Below, one piece after another: positions 41,457-52,519 of a DNA stretch of 64,000 bases. The stretch lies in contig OZ244653.1 of assembly GCA_965218795.1 (NCBI GenBank), positions 3,776,001-3,840,000 of the forward strand, read 5' to 3'. The notes under the pieces are model-generated. The model worked only from the letters and a program-made list of their open reading frames with translations. It was not told the origin of the DNA and ran no database searches. The position numbers and the translations under genes were made by a program. The DNA comes from a bacterium (lineage in GTDB: Bacteria; UBA8248; JACPRG01; G963555815). Numbering within the stretch: the first letter of the stretch is position 1; every line of letters starts with the position of its first letter.

Positions 41457-42404
41457 ATGACGGATTCCGGCATTGCGTTCCTGTTCCCCGGTCAGGGCTC
41501 CCAGAAGGTGGGAATGGGAAAAGACCTCTATGACCGATACCCCGCGGCTCGCTTGGTTTTCGAGCAGGCCAATGACACTCTCCGCATGGATTTGATGCGG
41601 TTATGCTTCGAGGGCCCCGCGGAAGATTTGCAGCTGACGACCAATACTCAGCCGGCCCTGATCGTCCACAGCTATGCGGCGTACCGTCTTCTAACGGCCC
41701 ATGGGATAGAGGCCGATATGGCATTGGGTCACAGCCTCGGGGAATACTCCGCTTTGCTGGCCGCGGGGGCCGTTGAATTCCCGGATGCCCTGGAATTGGT
41801 CCGCAAGCGGAGCGTTTATATGGCCGAGGCCGTTCCTCCCGGCAAGGGAGCGATGGCGGCCATCCTCGGGCTGAAGCGGGAAGCCGTGGACCAGATCTGC
41901 GAAAGGGACGGCGGCGAGGTGGTGGCGGCGAACTATAATTGTCCGACGCAGGTTGTGATCTCGGGGATCCGCGAAGCGGTGGAGCGCGTGGCCGACGCCT
42001 GCAAGGAATTAGGCGCCCGGAAGGCCATGTTCCTGCCCGTGAGTGCGCCCTTCCACTGTCCCCTGCTCCAGGATGCGGAAGACCGGTTGTCCCGGGATCT
42101 GGATGAGGTGGCTTTCAGCGATCTTCAATTCCCGGTCATTGACAACGTATCGGCTTCGGTGAATCTGACGGCCGATGACGCCAAGACCGCCCTCAAGCGC
42201 CAAGTGACCTCTCCAGTGAGATGGGAGGATAGCGTTACCAGGGCCGCGGAAGCCGGGGTGCAGACCTTTATCGAGGTCGGGCCGGGTAAGGTTCTCAGCG
42301 GACTGGTTTCTCGAATCGTTGATGGCGCAATGACTTTCCAGGTCGGGGATTTGGATGGCCTCGAGCGGACGTTGGAATCCCTGACAGCGGGTAAAATGGG
42401 CTAA
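41457..42404 (+). CDS. fabD: Malonyl-CoA:ACP transacylase
   Basis: FPGQGSQ, GHSLGEY, SAPFH. Confidence 0.97.
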   Translation: MTDSGIAFLFPGQGSQKVGMGKDLYDRYPAARLVFEQANDTLRMDLMRLCFEGPAEDLQLTTNTQPALIVHSYAAYRLLTAHGIEADMALGHSLGEYSALLAAGAVEFPDALELVRKRSVYMAEAVPPGKGAMAAILGLKREAVDQICERDGGEVVAANYNCPTQVVISGIREAVERVADACKELGARKAMFLPVSAPFHCPLLQDAEDRLSRDLDEVAFSDLQFPVIDNVSASVNLTADDAKTALKRQVTSPVRWEDSVTRAAEAGVQTFIEVGPGKVLSGLVSRIVDGAMTFQVGDLDGLERTLESLTAGKMG

Positions 42405-42467
42405 GGCCGCCTCGCGCGGCTCGAGGGTTCACCGCCCAATGTCCTTCCGTGCGATGGAGAGACAAAG

Positions 42468-43208
42468 TTGCGGCTGAAAGGCCAGCGGGCTCTGGTCACA
42501 GGAGGGCTGAGGGGAATCGGGAGGGCGGTGGCCGAGGCGCTCGCCGAGAGCGGTGCGGATATCGCCTTCACGTATCATACTTCCACGGGGGTCGACGAAT
42601 GGGCGAGTCGTCTTGGATCCTTCGGGGGCCGGTCCATAGGAATGCAGATGGATGTGGCGAGTCCGCCGGATGTCGAGGCGGGAATCAAGCGGGTTTTGGA
42701 TGAATGGGACGGCCTTGAAATCCTCGTCAATAATTCCGGAATCACCCGGGACGGCCTTTTCGTTCGAATGAAGGATGACGATTGGGATGCAGTGCTCGAT
42801 ACGAACCTGGGAGGGACATTTCGGGTAACGAGAGCTGTAGCGCGTACGATGATGAAACAGAGATACGGGAGAATTGTGAACATCACTTCCGTTGTCGGAC
42901 AGATGGGGAACGCCGGCCAAGCGAATTATGCGTCCTCGAAGGCCGGGCAGATCGGGCTGACCAAGTCCCTGGCGCGGGAGCTGGCCCCGCGCAACATCAC
43001 GGTGAACGCCGTGGCCCCGGGTTTTGTGGATACCGATATGACCGCTGCACTGTCCGAAGAGCAGCGCGAAGAACTGCTTCAGGTGATTCCGTTGGGCCGG
43101 GTCGGACGCCCGGAGGAAATCGCCCGGTGTGTTCGATTTCTTGTCGACCCCGATATGGGGTATATTACGGGTCAAGTCGTACATGTGAACGGTGGGCTCT
43201 ATATGTAG
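42468..43208 (+). CDS. fabG: 3-oxoacyl-ACP reductase
   Basis: TGGLRGIG, GITRD, YASSK. Confidence 0.96.
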   Translation: MRLKGQRALVTGGLRGIGRAVAEALAESGADIAFTYHTSTGVDEWASRLGSFGGRSIGMQMDVASPPDVEAGIKRVLDEWDGLEILVNNSGITRDGLFVRMKDDDWDAVLDTNLGGTFRVTRAVARTMMKQRYGRIVNITSVVGQMGNAGQANYASSKAGQIGLTKSLARELAPRNITVNAVAPGFVDTDMTAALSEEQREELLQVIPLGRVGRPEEIARCVRFLVDPDMGYITGQVVHVNGGLYM

Positions 43209-43255
43209 ACGACCGTGAACTTGATGCCGTATGAATGGATAGAGGAGGTTCTGGG

Positions 43256-43510
43256 GTGGCTCTACCGGAAGAGACTGTCGGCAAGATCAAATCCTTGATC
43301 GCGGAGCAACTCGGCGTAGATATTGAAAAGGTGACCGATGAAGCCTCTTTTGTAGAAGATATGGGTGCGGACTCCCTGGATACGGTCGAGCTGGTCATGG
43401 CGTTGGAGGAGGAATACGGGGTCGACATCCCGGATGAAGATGTTGAAAAAATAACGACCGTCAAGGATGTCATTGCGTATATCGACGATCATGGGATCGA
43501 AATCAAGTAA
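43256..43510 (+). CDS. acpP: Acyl carrier protein
   Basis: [12 protein letters not shown]. Confidence 0.97.
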   Translation: MALPEETVGKIKSLIAEQLGVDIEKVTDEASFVEDMGADSLDTVELVMALEEEYGVDIPDEDVEKITTVKDVIAYIDDHGIEIK

Positions 43511-43788
43511 CTTCGACTGGCGGATAACGAATTCCATCATCCGGGTTCGAATTCAATTCGATTAATATCCGGCACGGATGAGCGAATCGAGCGGCAGATT
43601 CAAGTAACGGAGCACTTTGCTCGGTTGGCGCTTCACAAATCCCAGACATTTCTTTCGATATCTTCCTTCCCATTGGGATCCGGCTGTTGGCTTCAACCAT
43701 TCGGCCGAGAGAGAGGATGAAAGAAGCACTCCCGGGGAAACTGAATTCAAATCAGGGTCACGCAGGAATGAGGGACTGAAAAACCGTC

Positions 43789-45042
43789 ATGAAGAATGGA
43801 AGGAAAGTGGTCATCACGGGCATGGGCCTGGTCACACCCTTGGGAAACAACCTGGAGACGACTTGGTCCGAGTTGGTCGCGGGAAAATCGGGGATTGGCG
43901 AGATTACCTATTTCGACACGTCCGAGTATAACTGTCACGTCGCAGGGCAGGTGCGCGATTTCGACGCGTCGAAGTATATGGAAAAGAAAGAAATCAAGCG
44001 GGTCGATCAGTTCGTCCACTTCGCCCTGGCCGCCGCACAAGAGGCGATGGAGGATTCGGGTCTCGATATTGAAGGGTCGGATCCGGACGAAGTCGGAGTT
44101 CTGGTCGGCGCCGGCCTCGGCGGACTGCCCATGTTGGAACAAATTCACGACGTTTTGCGGGAAAAGGGCCCCAGCCGAATCACCCCATTTTTTATTCCCG
44201 GCCTCATTGCCAATATGTCTTCAGGGATGATCTCCATGAAATACAACGCCCGTGGGCCCAATGCCTGCGTTTGCACGGCCTGCGCCACGGGAAATCACTG
44301 CATCGGAGATGCCGCGCGTCTCATCGAGCGGGGCGACGCGGTCGCCATGATCGCGGGAAGCACGGAATCGGTCATCTCTCCGCTCGCGGTGGGCGGGTTC
44401 GGCGCGATGCGCGCGCTCTCTACACACAACGACCCGCCGGAGAAAGCCTCCCGGCCGTTCGACGCATCCCGCAACGGCTTTGTCATCGGCGAAGGGGCGG
44501 GCGTGGTGATCCTTGAAGAGATCGAATTTGCGAAGGAGCGCGGGGCCCGAATTTATGGAGAGATCCTCGGCTACGGCATGACCGGAGACGCCCACCACAT
44601 GACCGCACCCGACCCCAACGGGGACGGGCCCGCGCGATGCATGGAGCGAACGCTCAAGGACGCGGGCATAAAACCTGAGGAGGTGGACTATATCAACGCC
44701 CATGGCACCGGGACTCCGCAGGGAGACATCAATGAAACCAACGCTATCAAGCGGGTTTTCGGCGACCACGCCTACAAGATCCCAATCAGTTCAACCAAGT
44801 CGATGACCGGTCACCTGTTGGGGGGCGCCGGTGGGGTAGAGACGATTTTTTCGGTCCTGTCGATGAACCGGGGCGTCGCTCCGCCGACCATCAACCTGGA
44901 AGATCCGGACCCCGAATGCGACCTCGATTACGTCCCGAATGAAGCCCGCGGAATCGAGGCCAAGATCGCCTTGACGAATTCCTTCGGGTTTGGCGGCACC
45001 AACTCGACCCTCATCCTGCGGGACGGTCTTGATGGCCTTTGA
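43789..45042 (+). CDS. fabF: 3-oxoacyl-ACP synthase II
   Basis: TACATG, NAHGTGT, GHLLG, NSFGFGG. Confidence 0.97.
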   Translation: MKNGRKVVITGMGLVTPLGNNLETTWSELVAGKSGIGEITYFDTSEYNCHVAGQVRDFDASKYMEKKEIKRVDQFVHFALAAAQEAMEDSGLDIEGSDPDEVGVLVGAGLGGLPMLEQIHDVLREKGPSRITPFFIPGLIANMSSGMISMKYNARGPNACVCTACATGNHCIGDAARLIERGDAVAMIAGSTESVISPLAVGGFGAMRALSTHNDPPEKASRPFDASRNGFVIGEGAGVVILEEIEFAKERGARIYGEILGYGMTGDAHHMTAPDPNGDGPARCMERTLKDAGIKPEEVDYINAHGTGTPQGDINETNAIKRVFGDHAYKIPISSTKSMTGHLLGGAGGVETIFSVLSMNRGVAPPTINLEDPDPECDLDYVPNEARGIEAKIALTNSFGFGGTNSTLILRDGLDGL

Positions 45043-45760
45043 TTCACGATGTTCCTCCGAGCATCTGGAGCAGTTATCCGTTTTGCAAAGACGCTTGGGA
45101 TATTCCTTCCGGAACATTGAACTACTCGATACCGCGCTCACCCACCGCTCCTACGCCAACGAAGGGCCGCGCAGGTCGCCCCACAACGAACGTCTCGAAT
45201 TTTTGGGCGATGCCGTTCTGGGCTTGGCGCTCAGCGAGCAGTACTACCGGGAGCTGCCCGAGGCGAACGAGGGCGAGTTGTCCAAAATCCGGTCCCGGTT
45301 GGTCAGCGCCAGCCACTTGGCGAAGATGGCGCGGATTCTGGAACTGGGGGCCTACCTTCATTTAGGAAAAGGAGAGGTCTCGACGGGGGGGCGTCACAAG
45401 GCCTCGTTGCTGGCCAATGCCTTCGAAGCCCTTATGGGGGCCATCTTCCTGGATGGGGGCTACGCGGCCGCCTCAACATACATACAGAAGCTCTTTGCCC
45501 GCGAGATGGATCCCTACTTGGATTTCAAGAGCCAGTTCCAGGAATTCGTTCAACGGACGAAAAAACAGATCCCTTCCTATCAGGTCATCCGGGAAGACGG
45601 CCCTGAACACCAGAAGATTTTTGAAGTGGCTGTTTCAATCCAAGGGAGCGAAGTGGCCACCGGGGTCGGCACGAGTAAGAAAAACGCCGAACAGCAGGCT
45701 GCCAAGAATGGACTGGCAGCTGCTCAACCCTCCTGGGACAGTCAAGAAGTCGAAGAGTAA
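45032..45760 (+). CDS. rnc: Ribonuclease III
   Basis: NERLEFLGDAVL plus C-terminal dsRBD. Confidence 0.96.
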   Translation: MAFDSRCSSEHLEQLSVLQRRLGYSFRNIELLDTALTHRSYANEGPRRSPHNERLEFLGDAVLGLALSEQYYRELPEANEGELSKIRSRLVSASHLAKMARILELGAYLHLGKGEVSTGGRHKASLLANAFEALMGAIFLDGGYAAASTYIQKLFAREMDPYLDFKSQFQEFVQRTKKQIPSYQVIREDGPEHQKIFEVAVSIQGSEVATGVGTSKKNAEQQAAKNGLAAAQPSWDSQEVEE

Positions 45761-46117
45761 TCCGGTTCAAATTTGAAGTTGAGCGGGAGTCGGCTGGATA
45801 TCTGATTCGGGCGAACCCTGATTTCCCCTATCAATCCCACTTTCTGACCAACGCCTTGTACCGCCCCCCTTCTTATCGGAAAGTCCCCCATTCCTGCCGC
45901 TGAACGTTTCCATCAGGCAATCGACCTGGTGGTTCAGGCGGGAGGACGGGCGATTGACCGCTCGGACTGTATGCAGATCACGCAAAGTGCAAAAAACCGC
46001 AAGATATGGGGGAAATGTTAGGTTTTTTCTACAATTTGTTGTATTTAACCTTTTCATTTATTTTGCTGATCGATAGAATGCAGACAGGTTTGTTTATTGA
46101 GAACGAGTGGAGGCACT

Positions 46118-49100
46118 ATGCGCATTACGCGTCTTGATCTCCAGGGATTCAAATCATTCGTAGAACGCACGCATCTGGAATTCGGAGCGGGCGTAGCCGG
46201 AATCGTCGGACCCAACGGGTGCGGCAAGAGCAATGTAGTCGATGCGATCCGCTGGGTCTTGGGCGAGCAACACCCGAAAACCCTCCGTGGAAAGCGCATG
46301 GAGGACATGGTCTTCAACGGCAGCGACGGCCGCCGTCCCGCCGCCATGGCCGAAGTCACCATGATACTCTCCGATGTCGATGATCGCCTCTCCGAGCAGT
46401 GGGCGGTCGGGGATGAGGTCCAGGTCACCCGCCGGCTGTACCGATCCGGTGACAGCGAATATCTCATCAACCAGAAGGTGTGCCGCCTTCGTGACATTGT
46501 GGATCTATTCCTGGATACGGGTTTGAACACCCACTCCTTTTCCATTGTTGAACAGGGACGCATTGAATCCTTGCTGACGGCCCGGATCGAGGACCGCCGC
46601 GAAGTGATTGAAGAAGCCGCGGGCATCATGAAGTACAAAACCCGGCGCAATGAGGCTCTTCGGAAGCTGCAATCCGCCAAGGATAATCTCGACCGAATCA
46701 ACGATATTGTCGTGGAGGTGGAGCGGCAAACCCGGTCCCTGGAACGCCAGGCCAAACGCGCTGCCCAGTACAAAGAAATTCAGGAACGGCTTCGCGAAGC
46801 CGACGGCCGACTCCTGCGAGCGGATTATGCCGCCCTGGAGGCGAAAATCGACCCCCGGCAGCAGGGCTACGACGACAAGAAGCGAGAAGAGGGCGAGCTT
46901 CGGTCCGAGTGGTCCGCTGCGGATGGAAAGGTGGAAGAACGGCGGCAGAAAATGGCCCAGCGCGAAGAGGCGCTCAACCGCCTTCTTGTCCAGCTTCGGG
47001 ATGCGGATGCCGAAGCCCAGCGCCTGGAAACCCGGATCGAGCTGTATCGGGACCAGGACAGAGCCTTGGAAGCGACCGCTGAGGGCCGGGAAGAAGAATG
47101 GAAGACCCTTGACGCTGAGCTTACGGCGACGTCCGAAACGCTCAGCCGCGTCCGGAATGAATTCGAGACCCACAGCAACCGGGTTCAGGAAGCCGAGCTG
47201 GTTCTTTCGGCGCGGCAGCGTGAGGTGGAAGAGGCCCGAGCTCGGCTGGCCGAGCAGGAAGAGGCCGTGGAGGGGGAAAGGGCACGCGTCCAGGAGCTGA
47301 CGGGTCGTTTCACCCGGACGGAGAATCAGAATCAGCTATTCCAGAGCCAGCTCGAATCTCTCAGGGAAAAGAAATCCCAAATGGAGGACGCCCGCCGGCG
47401 GGATATGAACCGAAGGCAGGAGGCTCATGAGACCCTGCATCAGGGTATAGCCCGCCGGGAGCGAATCACCGCCGATCTGGGTGATCTCCGCCGGGGGGAA
47501 TCCGCCGCCAAGGAAGAGTTGCAGAGGGCAACGGAATCCCTCACGACAACGGAAAATTCCCTCTACCTCCTGCGCGAGGAGCTGGCGGCCAAGTCTTCCT
47601 CGTTGACCGCCACTGAGAGCATGGCGAATTCCTTTGACGACGCGGGGTGGGCCGAGCTGAGCGGACCGAAGGCCGCGGAGGCGGGTGTGGGCGGAGTCAT
47701 CGGCCCGCTGACGGATTTGCTGGAGATCCAGCCTGGTTACGAAAAAGCGATAGAAGCGGTCCTGGGCAATCGTTTGCGCGCCACGATTGTGGAGGGGTTG
47801 GCGGAGGCCAAGTCAGCCCTTGAGTTTTTGAAGCGATCCATATCCGGACGCAGCACCTTGATCCCGAAGAATCTGCGGCGGGTGTCCGCCTCCGTAAAAC
47901 TGGATCCGATGCGGTTGGTCACCGGGGACGAGTCGTCCGGGGGTTCGATGAGTCTGAATTCCGGAGTTCTCGGGTCTGCGGCGGACTTCGTTCGTATGCC
48001 CGCCGGGTATGCAGGACTTCTGGATGGCTTGCTCGGAGATGTGCGAATTGTCAGGGATTTTGGATCGGCCGTATCCATCTGGAGGCAGGGAGGCAATCAC
48101 GGAATCCTCGCCACACTGGAAGGAGACGTCGTCTATCCGACCGGAATCGTGCTTGGCGGGTCGGACGGAGATGGGATTCTTCAGACGCGAAAGCGCATCG
48201 AAGTCCTCCGGGAAGAAGCCGAGGAACTGAAGAGAAAGGTTGGAAGGGCCGAAGACGCGAGAGCGTCGGCGAAGGGACGCTGTGCCGAGCGGCAGGAGGC
48301 AATGGAGGAGGCCGGCCGGGCGGTCCGGGAGACTGAAGCGGCTCTGGCCGAAATCGATCGGGAGACCGACAAGCTGACGGCTTCTATGAATCACTTGGAT
48401 GAGATTTTGGAGGAGTCCTCCCGGGAGTTCGGCCGCATGGCCCAGGAGGAGCGCTCCCTGGGCGCAAGAATGCAGGAAGCGCAGGAGGTTCTCGATAAGA
48501 TCGAGGTCGAGACGGCTGAGTCCGAGGGACGGGTCGAGCGGAACGCCAAGGCATTGGCCGATGGCCGGGGACGCATCGAGGAAGCCGTCGAGGCCGTCTC
48601 CGCACAGCGGGTCGAGCTGGCCGAACAAAAGGCCCGGGCGGAGAACATAGAGGCCGATCTCAGGCGGGGCGGGGAACGGGCTTCAGAGATTCGAAATCGG
48701 ATGGACCGAATGGCCTCGGATGCGGAAACCGACCGGAATAAGCGGGAGGAGCTGAAGAAGGCCGATGAAGAAGCCCGCAACCGCATCCGGTTCCTTCACG
48801 ATCAGCGTGAGGAATGGCGGGTCGAGGCCAAGGATTGCGAGGATGCCATTGCCCTTGATCGAGACTACGTCCGGGAGGTCCAGGAACGCGCCCGAAGCCT
48901 CAAGGACCGGGTGACCGCTCTCGCCGAAGAACTGGACGAGATTTTCACCGGGCTTTCCGCTCTCAAGGTCGAGCGGGATCTACTCTGCCAGCGCGCCCAG
49001 CTGACGTACGGCGTCGATTTGACCGCCGCCCCCGTCCGTCCGGAAGATTCAGAGATCTCACAGGAAGAGCGGGAAACCCTTCGAGAGGAATCGGTTGCGT

Positions 49101-50020
49101 TGCAGGACCGGCTGGGTCGGATGGGCGAGGTCAATATGGGCGCTCTCAGCGAGTTTGAGCAGTTGAACGAGCGGTATCAGTTCTTGAAGAGTCAGCAGGA
49201 AGATCTGGTGCAATCCATTCAGACCCTCCATGACACGATCGATCGGATCAACCGAACCACCCGCAGGCGCTTCAAGACCGCCTTCGATTCCATCAACGAA
49301 ACGTTCTCGGAAGTCTTCCGCCGTCTGTTTGGAGGAGGACGCGCATCGCTGATCCTCACGGATGAGAGCAATCTGCTGGAGACCGGCGTGGACATCGTGG
49401 TCCAGCCGCCGGGCAAAAAGCTCGGCAATATCCTGCTGCTCTCCGCGGGTGAGAAGGCGCTGACGGCCATCTCGCTTCTCTTTGCCATCTTCCGGTATAA
49501 CCCGAGCCCCTTTTGCCTGTTGGACGAGGTGGACGCCACCCTGGACGATCATAACGTCGCGCGCTTCATTGACATCCTGCGGGAGCTTTCGCTCAAGACC
49601 CAGTTCATCGTTATCACGCATAACAAACGGACCATGTCGTTTGCGGATGTGCTGTATGGCGTGACCATGGCCGAGAAGGGCGCGTCGAACGTGGTGTCCG
49701 TCGACCTGCACCAGATCAGCCCGGCGTCCGGGGAAGCGGCCAAGACCCGCGAATCCAGACGGGAAGAATCCCTCCCCGAGGTGAAGGATTTGGAGCTCGA
49801 AGAAGACCGGTGGGGGGACATCGAGCCAATTGAGGAGTCGGAAGCGGAAGATCTGCGCCCCCTGTCCAAAGCCAATGGACAGAACGGCTCCGCGCAGAAA
49901 GCGGAAAAAACCAATGGCGGGCCGGTCCATTTGGACGATGAGCGGGAGATTTCCGCCGAGGAGGGGACGGAAGACGCCGAATCCGTTCCGGAGGAATCGA
50001 TTCTGCCCCCATCGAGTTGA
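46118..50020 (+). CDS. smc: Chromosome segregation protein SMC
   Basis: GFKSF, GPNGCGKSN, coiled coils, hinge, LSAGE, LDEVDA. Confidence 0.97.
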   Translation: MRITRLDLQGFKSFVERTHLEFGAGVAGIVGPNGCGKSNVVDAIRWVLGEQHPKTLRGKRMEDMVFNGSDGRRPAAMAEVTMILSDVDDRLSEQWAVGDEVQVTRRLYRSGDSEYLINQKVCRLRDIVDLFLDTGLNTHSFSIVEQGRIESLLTARIEDRREVIEEAAGIMKYKTRRNEALRKLQSAKDNLDRINDIVVEVERQTRSLERQAKRAAQYKEIQERLREADGRLLRADYAALEAKIDPRQQGYDDKKREEGELRSEWSAADGKVEERRQKMAQREEALNRLLVQLRDADAEAQRLETRIELYRDQDRALEATAEGREEEWKTLDAELTATSETLSRVRNEFETHSNRVQEAELVLSARQREVEEARARLAEQEEAVEGERARVQELTGRFTRTENQNQLFQSQLESLREKKSQMEDARRRDMNRRQEAHETLHQGIARRERITADLGDLRRGESAAKEELQRATESLTTTENSLYLLREELAAKSSSLTATESMANSFDDAGWAELSGPKAAEAGVGGVIGPLTDLLEIQPGYEKAIEAVLGNRLRATIVEGLAEAKSALEFLKRSISGRSTLIPKNLRRVSASVKLDPMRLVTGDESSGGSMSLNSGVLGSAADFVRMPAGYAGLLDGLLGDVRIVRDFGSAVSIWRQGGNHGILATLEGDVVYPTGIVLGGSDGDGILQTRKRIEVLREEAEELKRKVGRAEDARASAKGRCAERQEAMEEAGRAVRETEAALAEIDRETDKLTASMNHLDEILEESSREFGRMAQEERSLGARMQEAQEVLDKIEVETAESEGRVERNAKALADGRGRIEEAVEAVSAQRVELAEQKARAENIEADLRRGGERASEIRNRMDRMASDAETDRNKREELKKADEEARNRIRFLHDQREEWRVEAKDCEDAIALDRDYVREVQERARSLKDRVTALAEELDEIFTGLSALKVERDLLCQRAQLTYGVDLTAAPVRPEDSEISQEERETLREESVALQDRLGRMGEVNMGALSEFEQLNERYQFLKSQQEDLVQSIQTLHDTIDRINRTTRRRFKTAFDSINETFSEVFRRLFGGGRASLILTDESNLLETGVDIVVQPPGKKLGNILLLSAGEKALTAISLLFAIFRYNPSPFCLLDEVDATLDDHNVARFIDILRELSLKTQFIVITHNKRTMSFADVLYGVTMAEKGASNVVSVDLHQISPASGEAAKTRESRREESLPEVKDLELEEDRWGDIEPIEESEAEDLRPLSKANGQNGSAQKAEKTNGGPVHLDDEREISAEEGTEDAESVPEESILPPSS

Positions 50021-50125
50021 TCGGGCTTTGAAATTTTCGGATGACTCTCCACGGTTGATGATTCACCCGCCTGCCTGAAATCTGAATATTTTCGTTGCGA
50101 GGCGACGAGTAGAAAGGATTGCCCG

Positions 50126-51070
50126 GTGACGGACGATTCGCCCACACGGGGATTATTCGGTCTGTTTAGCCGAGGACTGGCGAAGGCCCGGAAGAGCCTG
50201 CTGGAACCGCTCGCCCGGATCATGACAGGCCGCCGGCGCGTGGACGCATCGTTGCTCGAAGAGTTGGAAGAGCTTCTCATCGGGGCCGACCTGGGGCTTT
50301 CCTTGACGATGGCTCTGCTCAGCAGAATCGAAGAGGCCCACAGGGCCGGGGAGCTCCGCGAGCCCGGAGAAGTCCGGGACTTTCTCCGCCAGGCCCTCCA
50401 AGTGACCCTCCTCCAATCGAGTTCCACAAGCGTTGAGAGGGTGGAAGGATCGGATGGGCCCTGGGTCATCCTGGTGGTCGGCGTCAATGGAACGGGAAAA
50501 ACCACAAGCATCGGCAAGCTGGCCCACCGGTATCAATCCGATGGTCGGAAGGTTCTTCTGGCCGCGGGGGATACGTTTCGGGCCGCTGCGGTGGAGCAAC
50601 TCGATATCTGGCGGGAGCGGGCGGGGGTCGAGATTGTGAAGGGCGCCGAAGGTGCGGACCCGTCGGCTGTCATCTACGATGCCGCGGAGGCCGCGATCGC
50701 CCGGGGTGTCGATGTCTTGATCGCGGATACGGCGGGCCGCCTCCATACCCGCCGGAACCTGATGGATGAGTTGAAAAAGGTGCGGCGAACGGTCGGCCGC
50801 GTGATCGAGGGCGCCCCCCACGAGGTGCTTCTGGTCCTGGACGCCACGACCGGTCAGAACGCCATCCCGCAGGCAAGAGAATTCCTCGAAGGGGTCGGCG
50901 TCACCGGTTTGATCCTGACCAAACTGGACGGAACGTCCAAGGGCGGAATCGTCATCAGCATCGCGGAGGAACTGGGCATTTCCGTTCGGTACGTGGGACT
51001 GGGCGAAGGAATGGAAGACCTTCAACCCTTCGATCCGGAGGTTTACATCCAGGCGTTGTTTGAGGAATGA
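50126..51070 (+). CDS. ftsY: SRP receptor (NG domain only)
   Basis: [26 protein letters not shown]. Confidence 0.96.
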   Translation: MTDDSPTRGLFGLFSRGLAKARKSLLEPLARIMTGRRRVDASLLEELEELLIGADLGLSLTMALLSRIEEAHRAGELREPGEVRDFLRQALQVTLLQSSSTSVERVEGSDGPWVILVVGVNGTGKTTSIGKLAHRYQSDGRKVLLAAGDTFRAAAVEQLDIWRERAGVEIVKGAEGADPSAVIYDAAEAAIARGVDVLIADTAGRLHTRRNLMDELKKVRRTVGRVIEGAPHEVLLVLDATTGQNAIPQAREFLEGVGVTGLILTKLDGTSKGGIVISIAEELGISVRYVGLGEGMEDLQPFDPEVYIQALFEE

Positions 51071-51166
51071 GTCATTGGTACACCTGGGAAAAAAGGGGGA
51101 CATCGGATCGGCGTCCCCCCATTTGTTTAAATCTTGGAAATCGGCCGGACCCTCCCTCCCGCAACA

Positions 51167-51498
51167 CTATTTCATGGCCTTTGCCAAAATCTCCGCCGCC
51201 TCCGCATACCCCTTGGCGGACCTCGCCTTCGCAATCGCCCTCGCATGATCGAATGCGCCTTGAGGCTTTTCGTGATTGTGAATTCCGCTATGAAGCAGCA
51301 TCTTCGCGTCATCGATGAGTGTATGGACCAGTTGTTTGTTTCCCCCCGCCTGCATTTGTTTCATGACCGCTTCGGCCTTGGAGAGAGCCGCCTTCGCCGC
51401 GTTGAAGCTGTTGTTGCAATCCAGGGCGCGCGGGCCGTGGATGCGAGCGCGAACGTTAATGAGATTGCCGCCAAAACCATCGGGATTCTGAGCTTCAT
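51167..51498 (-). CDS. Small exported helical His-rich protein, frameshifted near 51428
   Basis: AAGGAGG RBS; signal peptide MKLRIPMVLAAISLTFALASTARA joins LDCNNSF... after removing 2 nt from a CGCGCG run. Confidence 0.65.
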
Positions 51499-51778
51499 CG
51501 TGTCCTCCTTTACGCGATGTTTTAAGCATTCTCGCTCTCTATTGATTGTACACCCCTTCTGATGAGTATTACAATTACGGAACGATTCCCTTACAGTGCA
51601 ACGGCTGCAAGGAGAGTCGAAGGGGGGGTTCCCCTGCTTGTCCCTGGAGCTGAAAATCGCGGGAGATGATGATCTGTCAAGGCATACGAAGGATTTCGCA
51701 TTCCGGCTGGCGCTCTTGTTTCTGACGGGAAGTTCGCGGAGCACGGCTGGACTTCCCGGGTAAGCGAAGGAGAAAGAT

Positions 51779-52486
51779 ATGGATGCCCCCCTCTTCACCT
51801 CTCTTGAAGAGAAAGTGGATCCCGCCCATTCGGCGGTGATCGTCGTAGATGTTCAGAACGATTTTTGCGCCACCGACGGTTGGATGGGGAAGGCGTGCCG
51901 GGACCTCCCCCTGGGCGAAGTCCAGGCCATGGTCCCCCGGCTGGAAAAATTCATCGATGTGGCCCGGGCTCATCAGGTGCCGGTGATCTGGGTTCGGTGC
52001 GCGTATGACGACGTCTATATCGGGAGCAACCAGAAAGAGCGGGTCCGGAGGCAGAAATTCGGCCGTCCTCCGTGCCTGTCGGATACCTGGGGTCAGGAGT
52101 TTTATGTGCTCAAGCCGGTGGATGGAGAGGTCATCGTGACCAAGCACCGTTACGACGCCTTCGAGGGCACGAATCTGGACCTGCTCCTCCGCTCCAACGG
52201 AATTCACACCCTCCTGATGACCGGGGTGACAACGGAATGCTGTGTGGAGTCGGCTTCCCGCCACGGCTTCTTTCTGGGGTACTTCATTGTCATGGTGGAG
52301 GACTGCTGCGGCACGTTCGACCCGGCGCTTCAGGAAGGCTCCAGAAGGATGTTTCAGGATTACTTCGGCGTGGTGTCCAATTCCGTGGAGCTCGGGGGGA
52401 TATGGGGAAGGCTGGCCGACGACAAGGTCGCCGCCCTTCGGGTTCCCGCCATGAACGATCTCGGGAATCCGGTATCTGCGGGTTGA
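51779..52486 (+). CDS. Isochorismatase-family cysteine hydrolase (RutB-like)
   Basis: VDVQND, KHRYDAF, GVTTECCV (D-K-C triad). Confidence 0.92.
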   Translation: MDAPLFTSLEEKVDPAHSAVIVVDVQNDFCATDGWMGKACRDLPLGEVQAMVPRLEKFIDVARAHQVPVIWVRCAYDDVYIGSNQKERVRRQKFGRPPCLSDTWGQEFYVLKPVDGEVIVTKHRYDAFEGTNLDLLLRSNGIHTLLMTGVTTECCVESASRHGFFLGYFIVMVEDCCGTFDPALQEGSRRMFQDYFGVVSNSVELGGIWGRLADDKVAALRVPAMNDLGNPVSAG

Positions 52487-52519
52487 CCGACCCGGTTGAC
52501 CGGATGGAGGAGTTTCATC

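Noticed and set aside
43511-43788. Possible ncRNA or small gene between acpP and fabF (also 45761-46117)
   Set aside because: No tRNA, SRP, 6S or riboswitch signature and no convincing ORF.
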